Source: Eledone cirrhosa (Eukaryota). From it: 64,000 nucleotides of DNA. The number at the start of each line of letters is the position of its first letter. Position 1 is the stretch's first letter. Positions 10,415-23,446 of the stretch are shown one piece after another. The stretch covers positions 241,614,001 through 241,678,000 of the forward strand of contig OZ024740.1 of the NCBI GenBank assembly GCA_964016885.1, written 5' to 3'. The translations under genes and the position numbers were made by a program. The notes under the pieces are model-generated. The model was not told the origin of the DNA, did not search any database, and saw only the letters and a program-made list of their open reading frames with translations.

Positions 10415-13400
10415 AGTCAGTCAACGCGATCAGTCGCATACTTTGGTGTGGGAGACTATTTATTAAATTTAAGATGAATACTATCTCCGACAGTAATGCC
10501 ACATCTACAGCCAGGTTGAATAACTGGTTATTCTTCTAACTATCCCTTCTTAAGACACCTTTTATTCGAATTCGTAGAGATATCCGACTAAATACATAAT
10601 TCATTTTACAAGGATTTGCTACAAACAGCATGGCTGAACGCAACATCAACAAAAGAATTAAGGAAGTATCGAAGACAAATAACAGAGTAGGTAATCAAAC
10701 TTTATTCAGTTGTAGCTACAGAAGAAACCGAAATTATAAATCGCATTTCTCTTGGAGTTGCAAACTTAATAATGATTTATTTAATTGTTATAAAATGTTA
10801 AAAAAATCCCTCCATGAATAGAATGAAGCTACACTGGGACAAAATGCACCCAGAGCTAAATTATTTCACAGCGAAACAATTACGCCAACAAGCGACGTTT
10901 GTTGAACGTAAAAATAAGATAAATATTATTAATTGTAAGTCCCCCACAACGAACATGGAATCAACAACACGTGCTACAGATCGCCATGCTACTAGACTTC
11001 CTAGCAGCCAGGTCGAACAGCGTCTTGAAACAACTATGCCTGTAAGAAACTTGACACCACCTGTACCATCTAAGTCTACCTCGAATGCTGGGGAAAACAC
11101 TATCGATAATAATAATAATCGAAGAAATAATAATAATAATCGAATAAATGTGACACCACGTATACCATCCGAGTCTACCTCGACTGTTGTGGAAAATACT
11201 ATCGATTATTGTTTCTACGTTAGGCACAAGGCCAGCAATACCCTGTGCATTACTGGTACTTTATTTTATCGACCCCGTAAGGATGAAAGGCAAAGTTAAC
11301 CTCGGCGGGATTTGAACTCAGAATGGCAAGGGCCGTAACTCTATACGTCAAAGCATAGCGTCCGACCCTCTCCCAATACTGCCAATCCACCGCCCTATCG
11401 ATAATGATAATCAAAAGTATAAACTATTGAAAATTTCCCTCAACGAAATCTTCCAGAGAGAAATTAACTCATGTATAAATATATCTCTTGCTGAACGTGT
11501 TAAAATGACAATGGTGAATAAAAAACCAAATAATGAAATACTACGTGTTATTGACGAAATAGGGGATGAATATTTACGACGGATAAAAACCCCAACATTT
11601 TGGCAAATCAACGCCTATTTATATGCCTTAGCAACGACAGTGAAACATTATCTTTATGATAGCAGAGATATTAACAAAACAGAACACCACCAAAAATACC
11701 ATCATATATAACTAAAATAGAAAAAAAGATTGCTGACCTACGAAAAAACATAGGACATGTGACAATGCTCCTTACATACAAACAAACAAACCTCACTCCT
11801 CATCAACAAAGAGTAAAAAATAAAATAGAGACGATGTTTGGTAACAGTAGAATCAGAACTATCCAATATAAACTGATCACCCTCAAACAAGAATTGAGAT
11901 CTGTTAGCGAAAAACGCCGATACCTGAAGAAGGTGGATGAGAGAAAAATGCTTAATAAAAGATTCAGACGAAACCAAACATCAGTCTATGGAGATATGAA
12001 GCGCAAAATAATAAGTCTCGCTGAGGCCCCATCCCAGAAAGACATAGATCCCTTTTGGAGAAAAATATGGGGTGAAAAGAAGAATTTCAACCAAGAAGCA
12101 GTGTGGCTAAGAGAAATCCGAAAGAACTATTGCTCCTACACTACAACAAAAACATACGAAATAAGTGAGGGTACCCTTGAGACTGTGATAGGAAAACTCC
12201 AAGATAAGAAAACACCAGGAAGAGACATGATTGTCGGCTACTGGTACAAAAAACTAATATTCTATCGGAGGTATCTTACTGACCTCTACCAACAAGTTCT
12301 TAAGGGAGATACACTTATACCAAAATGGTTGACATTAGCACAAACGTTACTGGTCCCCAAGAACAAAGATACCCACTTGGCAAAAAACTACCGACCCATT
12401 GCATGCCAGAACCTGATGTATAAGATGTATACAGCCTGCCTGAACATATTACTCCAAGATCACTGTGAAAATAATAACATCATCACAGATGAACAAGAAG
12501 CTGAAAAGAAAAGGGTTTGGGGATGTGCTGAACAACTCCTAATCAACAAAACGGAGGTGCGACAACTTAGGAGGAATATGACTACAGTCTAGCTGGACTA
12601 CAGAAAAGCTTTAGATTCTGTTCCCCACTCTTGGATGATAGAGGCCCTCCAATCTGCTAAAGTCCCAGACATTATTGTCAGAGCCATAGAGAGGCTGTCT
12701 TCTTCTTGGGCTACTATCCTAAGGTTAAAGACAGGGAGAGAGGACTCTATTTTCAGTGATAAAATAAAATATTGCAGGGGTATATTTCAGGGAGACGGTC
12801 TCTCTGTGATATTATTCAGCGGGGAAAAAGAACAACCCAATCTAGCAACATTGTCATCAATGGCCTCACTGTTTCACTGATATCTGATGAGGAATGCTAC
12901 AGATACCTGGGGATAGATGAGAACATATCCTATAATGGTGTCTGTAATAAAGAACGCGTAACCAGGGAATACTACACCCGATTAAGAAAGATCTGGTCAC
13001 CAGCATGTCATCAGCAGCCGTCCAAAGATGTCATCGCGGTATTATCTACCTATGAGGCATGATGTAGTGTCCAAAACACTGTACAATGCAGTTCGTAAAA
13101 AAGATAGCCCCGATAATAAACATATTAAAAGCTACAGCAATGTGGAAGACATCCACGTACAAAATATGAAAGAGTACTGGTGGAATGTTCCAGTAAAACC
13201 CCCATTAAAATGCAGGCATAACAGACCAGATATTATGATATGGGACAGGGATAAGAAAGCATGCACGGTAGAGGAAATTAGCTGCCCAGAAGATGTCAAT
13301 ATAATATCAAAGATTAGTGAAAGGGAGAATATTTATGCGGAACTGATGAGAAATCTGCAGATACTCTACCCTGATTACACCTTCAGATTTATGCCTGTGA

Positions 13401-13787
13401 TTATTGGGGCACTGGGGTATGTTAGTAACTGCCTCAATACAAATCTTGAGAAAATGGGCTTCACAGGAACAGAAAGAACACAACTAGTTAGGAAATTACA
13501 AGTACAATCCATTAATGGAACAGTAAAAATATGTGAAACATTCCAAAAATGTTGCATCTAATAACTGCATATACACATGTACATATACAAAGCATATACA
13601 CATGCACACATACAAATCAAAACATACAAATCCATACATACAATAACATCCATATCTACACATGCATGCATACATAATCTAACTAGTTGATGTTGTGTAA
13701 ATTCCAATGAGAGAGTATTGAGTCTATGTTAGAAACAGACTCTCTCTCTATTGGTAAAACATTTGTGAAATTATAAAACCAGAAGAA
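10415..13787 (+). mobile_element. R4/Dong-clade non-LTR retrotransposon, family A copy 1 (degenerate, internally deleted)
   Basis: RT motifs NYRPIACQNLMYK and RGIFQGD; RLE domain RHD...RPDIMIWD...EISCP...IIGALG; stops and frameshifts; flanked by (CATA)n. Confidence 0.9.
11208..11396 (-). mobile_element. Full-length tRNA-derived SINE inserted into R4 copy 1
   Basis: TSD TATCGAT(T/A)AT; the site is empty in R4 copy 2 (about 15372). Confidence 0.9.
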
Positions 13788-13802
13788 CATACATACATAC
13801 AT

Positions 13803-14221
13803 ATGAAACTGATGAGGAATCTGCAGATACTCCACCCTGATTACACCTTCAGTATTATGCCTGTGATTATTGGGGCACTGGGATATATTAGTAACTACCA
13901 CAATACAAATCTTGAGAAGCTGGGCTCCACAGAAACAAAGGGAATATGGCTAGTTAGTAATTTACAAGTACAATCCATCAGTAAATGGAACAATAAAAAT
14001 ATGTAAAACATTCCAAACATGTACAGATACAAAGCATATACACATGAACACATACAACTCAAAACAAACACATCCACGCATACAATAACATCCATACCTA
14101 CACATATATGCATGCAGGCATGCAGACATATCTACCTATTTGATGTTGATTTTTGTGTGTATGTTAGAAACCGACCCTCTCTCTATTGGCAAACATTTGT
14201 GAAATTATAAAACCAGAAGAA
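13803..14221 (+). mobile_element. 5'-truncated 3' end of R4 family A
   Basis: LMRNLQILHPDY...IIGALG plus the same 3' UTR ending AAAACCAGAAGAA then (CATA)n. Confidence 0.9.
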
Positions 14222-14621
14222 CATACATACATACATACATACATACATACATACATACATGATGGCTGCCCCCTCGTTATCGAGTATGGCCATTGCTCGA
14301 GGAGAAAGAAAAAAAAAAAAAATAATAATAAATAAAAAAATAAAAATATATATATATATATACATATACATACACATATACACACACACACATACATTAA
14401 TATCAATAATAATAATAATAATCATAACAACAATAATAATAACGACAACAACAATAATAATATACATATACATATATATATACACACACGCACACACATA
14501 AGCATATCTACACAGACACACACACACACACACGATAGCAACTAACAGCGCTGCGATCGAATGTGGCTTTTTAGCCCAGCCAATGATCTAAAATGTCTTG
14601 CACATACATACATACATTGAC

Positions 14622-17600
14622 AGTCAGTCAACGCGATCTGTCGCATATTTTGGTGTGGGAGACTATTCATTAAATTTAAGATGAATACTATCTCCGACAG
14701 TAATGCCACAACTACCACTCATGTTGAATAACTGGTTATTCTTCGAACTATATCGATTGAAGACACTTTTATTCGAATTCATAGATATATCCTACTAAAT
14801 ACATAATAAATCTTACAAGGATTTGCTACAAACAGCATGGCTGAACACAACAACATCAACAACATTAAGGAAGTACCGAAGAAAAACAACGAAAAAGGTA
14901 AAGAAAATTTATTCAGTTGTAGCTACAGAAGAAACCGAAATTATAAATCGCATTTCTCTTGGAGTTGCGAACTTGATGATTTAATTAATTGTTATAAAAT
15001 GTAAAAAAAAAAAAAAATCCCTCTGTTGGCTATATGAACAGACTGAAGCTACACCCAGAGCTAAATCACTTCACAGCGAAACAATTACGCCAACAAGCGA
15101 CGTTTGTTGGACGTAAAAATAAGATATTTTTACTAATTTATTAATTGTAAGTCCCCCACAACAAACATGAAATCAACAGCACGTGCTACAGGTCGCTATG
15201 CTACTAGACTTTCTAGCAGCCAGGTCGAACAGTGCCTTGAAACAACTATGCCTGTAAGAAATTTGACACCACGTATACCATCTGAGAGTACCTCGACTGT
15301 TGTGGAAAACACTATCGATAATAATAATAATAATCTAAGAAATTTGACACCACGTGTGTTGTGGAAAATATTATCGATAATGATAATAATCAAAAGTATA
15401 AACAATTGAAAATTTCCCTCAACGAAATCTTCCAGAGAGAACTTGAACATGTATAAACATTTGTCTTGCTGAACGTATTAAAACAACAATATTTAATAAA
15501 AAAAAAACAAATAATGAAATAATACGTGTTATTGACGAAATAGGGGATGAATATTTACGACGGATAAAACCCCAATATTTTGGCAAATCAATGCCTGTTC
15601 ATATGCCCTAGCAACGACAGTGAAGTATTATCTTGGTGATAGCAGAGATATTAACAAGAACAAAACACCACCAAAAATACCATCATATATAACTAAAATA
15701 GAAAAAAAAGAGTGCTGACCTACGAAAAACCATAGGATATGTGACAATGCTCCTTACATCAAACAAACACAAAAAACTTCACTCCTCACCAACAAAGAGT
15801 GAAAAATAAAATAGAAACTATGTTTGGTAACAGTAGAACCAGAACTCTTCAATATAAGCTGATCACCCTCAAACAAGAATTGAGAGCTGTCAGCGAAAAA
15901 CGCCGATACCTGAAGATGGTGGATGAAAGAAAAGTGCTTAATAAAAAAATTCAGACGAAACCAAACATCAGTCTATAGACATATGGAGGGCAAAATATTA
16001 AGTGTCACTGAGACCCCATCCCAGAAAGAGATAGATTCCTTTTGGAGAAAAATATGGGGTGAAAAGAAGAATTTCAAGCGAGATGCAGTGTGGCTAAAAG
16101 AAATCCAAAAGAACTATTGCTCCCACACTACAATAAAAACATACGAAATAAGTGAGGATACCCTTGAGAATGTGATAGGAAATCTCCAAGAAGAAACATG
16201 ATTGTCGGGCTACTGGTTCAAAAAACTGATTTTTCTGTCGGAGGTAACTTACCGACCTCTACCAACAAGTTGTCAATGGAGATACACTTATACCAGAATG
16301 GTTGACATTAGCACAAACAATACTGGACCCCAAGAACAAAGACACGCAGTGGTAAAAAAACTACCGACCCATTGCATGCCAAACCTGATGTATAAGATGT
16401 ATACAGCCTGCCTGAACCTATTCCTCCAAGATCACTATGAAAATAATATCACAGATGAACAAGCAGCTTGAAAGAAAGGGGTTTGGGGGTTTGCTGAAAA
16501 ACTCTTAATCAACAAAACTGCGATGTCGGAGGTGCGACAACTTAGGAGGAATATAGCTACAGTCTGGCTGGACTGCTTCTGATTCTGTTCCCCACTCTTG
16601 GATGATAGAGGCGCACCGACTTGCTAAAGTCCCAGACATTATTATCAGAGCCATAGAGGAGTTATCTTTTTCTTGGGCTACTATCCGAAAGTTAAAGACA
16701 GAAAAGGAGGACTCTATTTCCACTGATAAAATAGCATATCATAGAGGTATATTTCAAGGAGACAGTCTCTCTGTGCTACTATTTATCATGATATTAACCC
16801 CTTGTCCTTTCTGATCAAGAAATGTGAAGGATACATCATTGGCTCACAGGAGGACTGAAATATATACCTAACCCATAATTTCTTTGTGGATGACCTGAAA
16901 CTCTATGCCAAGAACATGGATGGGATGAAGAAAAATCTTGACCTTGTTAACTGTTTCACCGATATCTAATGAGGACTGCTACAGATACCTGGGGATAGAT
17001 GAGAAAATATCCTATAAGGAACGCGTAACCAGGGAATATTACACCCGATTAAGATAAATATGGTCATCGGAACTCTCTGCGCACAGTAAAACAGTGGCTC
17101 ACAATGTGTTTGCTGTGCCTGTCCTAACACCAACGTTTGGAATACTCAATTGGACGATAGATGAAATCCGAGCAGTTGATGTTGGAATTCGAAAAATATT
17201 AAACAACGACGGAAACTTCCACATCCACAGTGACATAGACCGCCTTTACTTGAAACGTAAGCAGGGAGGTAGAGGCCTAACTTCAGTCCAGACAGCATTT
17301 GAATGTCGCATCATATCTCTCCGACAATACGAACCTCGAAGCGTAGGAGCCCGTTTCTCGAGCATGTCTATCTGCATGAAACAGATAAGATCATGATAGT
17401 TGGGAAGGAATTCCTCGAAAGATATTTCCTGTGTGATAATCAAAAACACACACCGAGGGAAGTTGCTCAGCAGTATCGCAGTGAACCCATGGATGAAAAA
17501 CTCCATGCTTATCATGGATATGTTTCCAGGAAGCTCCAGAATGAGAGTAATATAGATAAAGAAAGTAGTCTATCTTGGACTAACAACCGCTATATTGGCT

Positions 17601-18531
17601 CCCACTGTGAATGATCCGCTTTTGTAACCCACGAACAGGAAATCAACACAAAATACCTGATTCACAAAAGAGATAGGGATGCAGGCCAAACAGATATATG
17701 TGAAAGCAAGTGCAGACTCTGCAGATTTAACATCGAAGATGTCACCAATGTTATAAGCAGCTGTCCAAAGATGTCATCGTGGTACTATCTACATATGAGG
17801 CATCATGTAGTGGTCAAAACACTGTAGATTGTAATACGTAGAAAAGATAGCCCCGATAATAAACACATTAAAAGCTACAGTAATGTGGAAGATATACATA
17901 TGAAAGAGTATTGTTGGAATGTTCCAGTAAAAATCCCAATCAAATGCAGGCATAACAGACCAGATATAAGGATATGGGATAGGGAAAAGAAGGTATGCAC
18001 AGTAGTGGAAGTTAGCTGCCCAGCAGATGCCAATATAATTTCAAAGATTAGCGAAAAGGAGAATATTTATGCAGAACTGATGAGAAATCTGCAGATACTC
18101 CACCCTGATTACACCTTCAGATTTATGCCTGTGATTATAGGGGCACTGGGATATGTTAGTAACTACCTCAATACAAATTTTGAGAAGCTGGGCTTCAGAG
18201 GAACAGAAAGAACACAACTAGTTGGGAAATTACAAGTACAATCCATTAATGGAACAGTAAAAATATGTAAAACATTCCAAAATTGTTGCATCTAATACTG
18301 CATATACAATGTTGCATCTAATACTGCAGATACAAAGCATATACATATGCACACATACAACTCAAAGCATACACATCCACACATACAATAACATCCATAC
18401 CTGCACACACATGCATGCATGCATATCTAACTAGTTGATGTGTAAATTCCAATGGGAGAGTCTTGTAACTATATTAGAAACCGACTCTTTCTCTATTGGC
18501 AAACATTTGTGAAATTATAAAACCAGAAGAA
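14622..18531 (+). mobile_element. R4/Dong-clade family A copy 2 (near full length, degenerate)
   Basis: Same 5' end AGTCAGTCAACGCGATC; RT with FFVDD; decayed CCHC-type finger (CRLC...SC); RLE RPD..E motif; 3' end AAAACCAGAAGAA then (CATA)n. Confidence 0.92.
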
Positions 18532-18565
18532 CATACATACATACATACATACATATATGCATACA

Positions 18566-19110
18566 TTGTCATCGGAACATTCTGCGCACGATAAAATAGT
18601 GGTTCACAATGTGTTTGTTCTGCCTGTCCTAATATCAACGTTTGGAATACTGGAGTGGGCGATAGACAAAATCAGAGCAAAAGACGTTAAAACTCGAAAA
18701 ATCCTAAACAATACCGCAAACTTCCACCTCAACAGTGACATAGACCGCCTCTACTTGAAACGTAAACAGAGAGGCAGAGTGCTAACATCAGTCCAGACAA
18801 CATTTGAATGTCGCACCATATCCCTCCATCTACTGAGCAAGCCTGTCTACATGAAACAGATAAGATCATGAGAGTTGGAAATTGCCCAACAGTACTGCAG
18901 TGAATCCATGGATAAAGAACTGCATGCTTATCAGCAAATGATCATGCATGGATATGTTGGCAGGAAGCTCCAGAGTGAGAGTAATATAGAGAAGGAAAGT
19001 CTTGGTATCTTGGACCAACAACCGCTATATTGGCTCCCATTCTGAAGGATACGCTTTTGTAACCCAAGAACAGGAAATCAACACAAAATACCTGATTCAC
19101 AAAATACAGG
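18566..19110 (+). mobile_element. Internal fragment of R4 family A
   Basis: Homologous to 17065-17665 (HNVF..PVL..TFGIL.W, DIDRLYLKRK). Confidence 0.85.
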
Positions 19111-19147
19111 CAAAACACCTAGATGTGACAACTCCCACCAAGGCAAT

Positions 19148-19336
19148 AATTGTTTCTACTTTAGGCACAAGGCCAGCAATTACCCAGTGCATTACTGGTA
19201 CTTTATTTTATCGACCCCGTAAGGATGAAAGGCAAAGTCAACCTCGGAGGGATTTGAACTCAGATCGTAAAGGGACGTAACTATGCTGGAAAGCATGGCA
19301 TCCGACCCTCTACCGATACTGCCAATCCACCGCCCT
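19148..19336 (-). mobile_element. Full-length tRNA-derived SINE (major family)
   Basis: Consensus-like copy with TSD AGGCAATAAT. Confidence 0.9.
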
Positions 19337-19364
19337 AGGCAATAATAACCTACGTACATACACA

Positions 19365-19620
19365 TAGCGGCACTCCGTCGGTTACGACAATGCACGTTCC
19401 AGTTGATACGATCAACGGTGCAGCCTGCTGATGAAATTAACGTGGACGTGGCTGAGCATTCCACAAAAACGCGTACCCTTAACGTAGTTCTCAGGGAGAA
19501 TCAGCGTGACACATAATGTGACAAGGCAGATCCTTCGAATTACAAATACAATTCATTTTTGCCAGCTGAGTGATATGGAGAAACGTGAAAATAAAGTGTC
19601 TTATTCAAGGACACAGCGCA
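19365..19620 (-). mobile_element. SINE with a CORE-like domain (second family, head missing)
   Basis: Minus strand GTGTCCTTGAATAAGACACTTTATTTTCACG...CACTCAGCTGGCAAAAATGA is shared with the SINE at 21515. Confidence 0.6.
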
Positions 19621-19849
19621 CTCACACACACACACACATATATATATATATAATAATTGTTTCTACTTTTGGCACAAGGCCAGCAAATTACCCAGTGCAT
19701 TAGTGGTACTTTATTTTATCGACCCCGTAAGGATGAAAGGCAAAGTTAACCTCAGCTCTGTCTAGCTCTACAACTCGATACTGACGTGAACCTAAACATC
19801 GGGTGCTCACCCGGGTGAACCTACAGTAACTCCGCGTTACACTCCCTGG

Positions 19850-19905
<56 letters not shown>

Positions 19906-19988
19906 ATAATAATAAATTTGAAGACTAAAATCCAAAGAGGGCTCGATAAGGATAAATATATATCAAATATATAAGAACCGTAGAGCAA

Positions 19989-20117
19989 ATATTTATTAAA
20001 ATAACAGATTAAAGTTTAAGCAAAGAATCACTGCTTTCAGCCTTAACGGGATCTTCAGAAGATCCCGTTAAGGGTGAAAGCAGCGATTCTTTGCTTAAAC
20101 TTTAATCTGTTATTTTA

Positions 20118-20125
<8 letters not shown>
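19989..20125. repeat. Near-perfect palindrome (68-bp arms) next to (TA)n, Penelope-like
   Basis: Centre at 20057, two mismatches; the minus strand reads CTGAAGA-TCCCGTTAAGGCT-GAAAG. Confidence 0.85.
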
Positions 20126-20154
<29 letters not shown>

Positions 20155-20202
20155 GGAAGTTTAGTAAAATCGAAGCTTCGGCTGTAGATATATATATATA
20201 TA

Positions 20203-20450
20203 TTAGGTAGTAACATGTGCTTATGACATTTTTGACTAAATAGAATTCGTCTGTTAGTAGGGATTTTAAAATATCCTCTGAATGGAAAAAAGGATAAGTA
20301 ATGACGTACACGGCAAACCAAAGATGTGGGTTCGTGTCCCATGTACGTCAATACTCATCCTTTTTTTCCATTCAGAGGGTCTTTTAAAATCCCAACTAAC
20401 AGACTAACTCTATTTAGTCAAATATGGCGTAAGCACACGTTACTACCTAA
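20203..20450. mobile_element. MITE-like element with about 105-bp imperfect inverted arms
   Basis: TTAGGTAGTAAC...GTTACTACCTAA with paired arms and a roughly 30-bp spacer. Confidence 0.6.
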
Positions 20451-20502
20451 TCTTCAAATTCACTAGCCGTTTATAAACAAAGCCTGCTTTGTGTTTGTGT
20501 CT

Positions 20503-20575
<73 letters not shown>

Positions 20576-21445
20576 ACCGTATATAGAGAAAAATACACAA
20601 AGAGGTATGTGTTCAATCATGGGGGATAGAATACCACCAGAGTGAAACAAATTTTCAACGAAAGGAAAGGATAAATTAAAACAATAAATTAAAATGTACA
20701 AACCATCCGATAATAACTATAACACCTGGACATGCTCTATAGCATGTTTCACCACAAATAAAGTGTAGACTCATACCGTGAAAGGTGGACCAACGATATG
20801 ATCCACACTTCTAAGAATATATTACATAACCAATATACGCAATTGGTGGAAAGAGAAGACACGCGCGCTATATAGCCCATGGTGGTGTGAATGGACCAAT
20901 AATAGCTATATATAGTTAATAAATTATTTTTTTTTATTGTTTCGATGTATGTGAGTGTGTACGTATGTGTGTGTATTGGTGGCTGTGTATTATCTGTAGA
21001 GGGAAGCTTTTGTGTGTGTATGTGTATATGTTCGGGCATGTATGTGTGACCATCTGTGTGTATGTGACTTGTATCTATTGTCTTTACGGATGTCTGTGTC
21101 TAATGTATCGTGTATGTGTGTGTGTCGGAAGATTGTGTCTATGTGTGTATGTTTGTACCCACGTGAGTCTTGTGGTTGTAATTGGTCAGTAGCGGAAAAA
21201 TATTATGTACGTGTATATGTGACGGTTGATGTGTGTGTGTGTTGGAGTGTTGGTGTATTCACGACTAATAGTGCGTTAAAAATAATATATAACATAAATA
21301 ACTTATATGATTAAAGTACACAAATTTAATGAAAGGTATGAGCTTTTTGTTGACGAGTAATCTCCTTTATACTAGGCCTAATTTGAGATAAAAAAAAAAC
21401 TCTCATCTCTGCATCAACAAAAATATATATATATATATGTGTGTG

Positions 21446-21507
<62 letters not shown>

Positions 21508-21514
21508 ATCACAC

Positions 21515-21785
21515 GTGGAGGTACGTGGCCTAGTGGTAAGGGTGTTGGACTTACGATCTTAGCGTCGTGGGTTCGATTCCTGGGTTGCGTGTTGTGTTCT
21601 TGTGCAAAACACTTCATTTCACGTTGATCCAGTATACTCAGCTGAAAATGAGTACCAGCAATAGCTGGGGGTTTAACCCTGCGATGGACTGGCGTCCTGT
21701 CCAGTGGGGAGTCTTGTACTCTCAGACGTTTCACGCCATGAAACCCGGATAAGCACCGGCCAAATGAGCCTTCTGACTTAAGACA
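21515..21785 (+). mobile_element. tRNA-derived SINE with CORE-like and V-domain-like segments
   Basis: A-box TGGCCTAGTGG, B-box GGTTCGATTCC, CORE-like GTGTTCTTGTGCAAAACACTT, then CCTGCGATGGACTGGCGTCCTGTCCAG. Confidence 0.75.
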
Positions 21786-21879
21786 GATTTTAGACTTAGA
21801 TATAATCACATACTATTGGAGTAATGTGGTAGTTGTTTTAACTTTTCTTATCATAAATATGTAATTATGGATTGATGAT

Positions 21880-22105
21880 CAGCTAGAGATCTCTACATCC
21901 TAGATCGACTTGTTGGAAACACCAGCCAAATTGCCATCTAGTCATGTGCATTAGTTTTAAAAATATGAGGGGACATTCGTATCCGACCTAATGTACTCCT
22001 AGATACATTAAACTCAACGGCGATACTTTCTTAACGGTGCAATGATCACGGATGGAATGTTTTTTGCATAATGAGATCTGACCTGGGGCTAAACAACAAC
22101 AACAT
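21880..22105 (+). mobile_element. Old dispersed repeat (SINE-like) ending GACCTGGGGCTAAACAACAAC
   Basis: Diverged homologues at about 26990-27152, 44540-44740, 50640-50825 and 5160-5270. Confidence 0.55.
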
Positions 22106-22402
22106 ATACCTTGACGCAGTTACATTTTAGCATTGTAGTCACCCTCATATTCTGATTAATTAGAGAGTAACGAAAGTAAATATTAATGCTGATAAGAATA
22201 TTAATGAAGACGATAGAAATTATGATTAGTGTTGTCGGTAGTGGTACCTGTGATCATCGTTGTCGCCGTCGTCATCGTGAGGATGATATGAATATTTTGA
22301 CGAAATATTAATGCTGTTACTGCTCTGTTTATTGCTCTGCTCTAAAAATTCAGACAAAAGTACGTTCCACTAAACAAGGTATAGTGTATTATTTCGGTGT
22401 AG

Positions 22403-22592
22403 GGGCGGTGGATTGGCAGTATCGGTAGAGGGTCGGACGCCATGCTTTCCAGCATAGTTACGTGCCTTTACGATCTGAGTTCAAATCCCGCCGAGGTTGA
22501 CTTTGCCTTTCATCCTTACGGGGTCGATAAAATAAAGTACCAGTAATGCACTGGGTAATTTGCTGGCCTTGTGCCTAAAGTAGAAACAATTA
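22403..22592 (+). mobile_element. Full-length tRNA-derived SINE (major family)
   Basis: GGGCGGTGGATTGGCAG...GAGTTCAAATCC...AGAAACAATTATT; TSD ATTATTTCGGTGT. Confidence 0.9.
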
Positions 22593-23415
22593 TTTCGGTG
22601 TCTCGTTATCTTAGTTTTAGGAGAAAAAAAAATCAACGAGTATAAAACAAAAACAAAAAATAACCACAATCATTAGTCACAATCATTAACGAGAAAGATT
22701 TTACAAAATAAATAAAAAATAAAAAAAAATCTTTTAAAAAGATACTTGAAATTTAAAACTTAAAAAAAAATCGATTGTATATCATACAAATGTAGAGACT
22801 GTGATATTTGCTTACCAGTATTTTTATCTTTAAGAGAATTATCAGGAATTTCTAAAGCTTCTTGCCTTAACACTGCTGAAACTAAGCTTGTGAATTTGAA
22901 ACAATCAAGATATTATGTCTTTTTGCAGCACCTTTATCACGTGACTTAACAGTCCCTGACATTCACATTCAGTTAAATGTCAGTTTCGTGCGTCGTTTAA
23001 AAAGCTATATTTATCTTCTCGAGTAAGTCAGGTAAAAGTTTCGTTACTTTTGTTTAACCACGAAAGTCAAGGGTCGGTGTTATAGAAGAAGATAGATGCT
23101 TCTTTTAATGTTGGACCGTGATTGCAGCATTTTAAAATAATTTGTGACAGATTAATGATTTGCACTTTTCATGTGACTCCTTTAAAAGTATAACCTGAAT
23201 AAAATCCTTGAAAAATCCTACGTCAACCTCAACTGAGTAATTCTTTCAAAATAGTGTTCAGACAAAGCAATTTCATTGATTTACTAATGATATAAAATGC
23301 CTTCTTCAGTTGATTATCTTGACTTTGCCTTTCATCCTTACGGGGTCGATAAAATAAAGTACCAGTAATGCACTGGGTATTTGCTGGCCTTGTGCCTAAA
23401 GTAGAAACAATTATA

Positions 23416-23446
<31 letters not shown>

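Noticed and set aside
11759-12592. 277-aa ORF as a host gene or active RT
   Set aside because: Fragment of a disrupted R4 element with stops and a deleted catalytic region.
21515-21590. tRNA gene
   Set aside because: A and B boxes belong to a SINE head that runs into CORE-like sequence; no clean cloverleaf.
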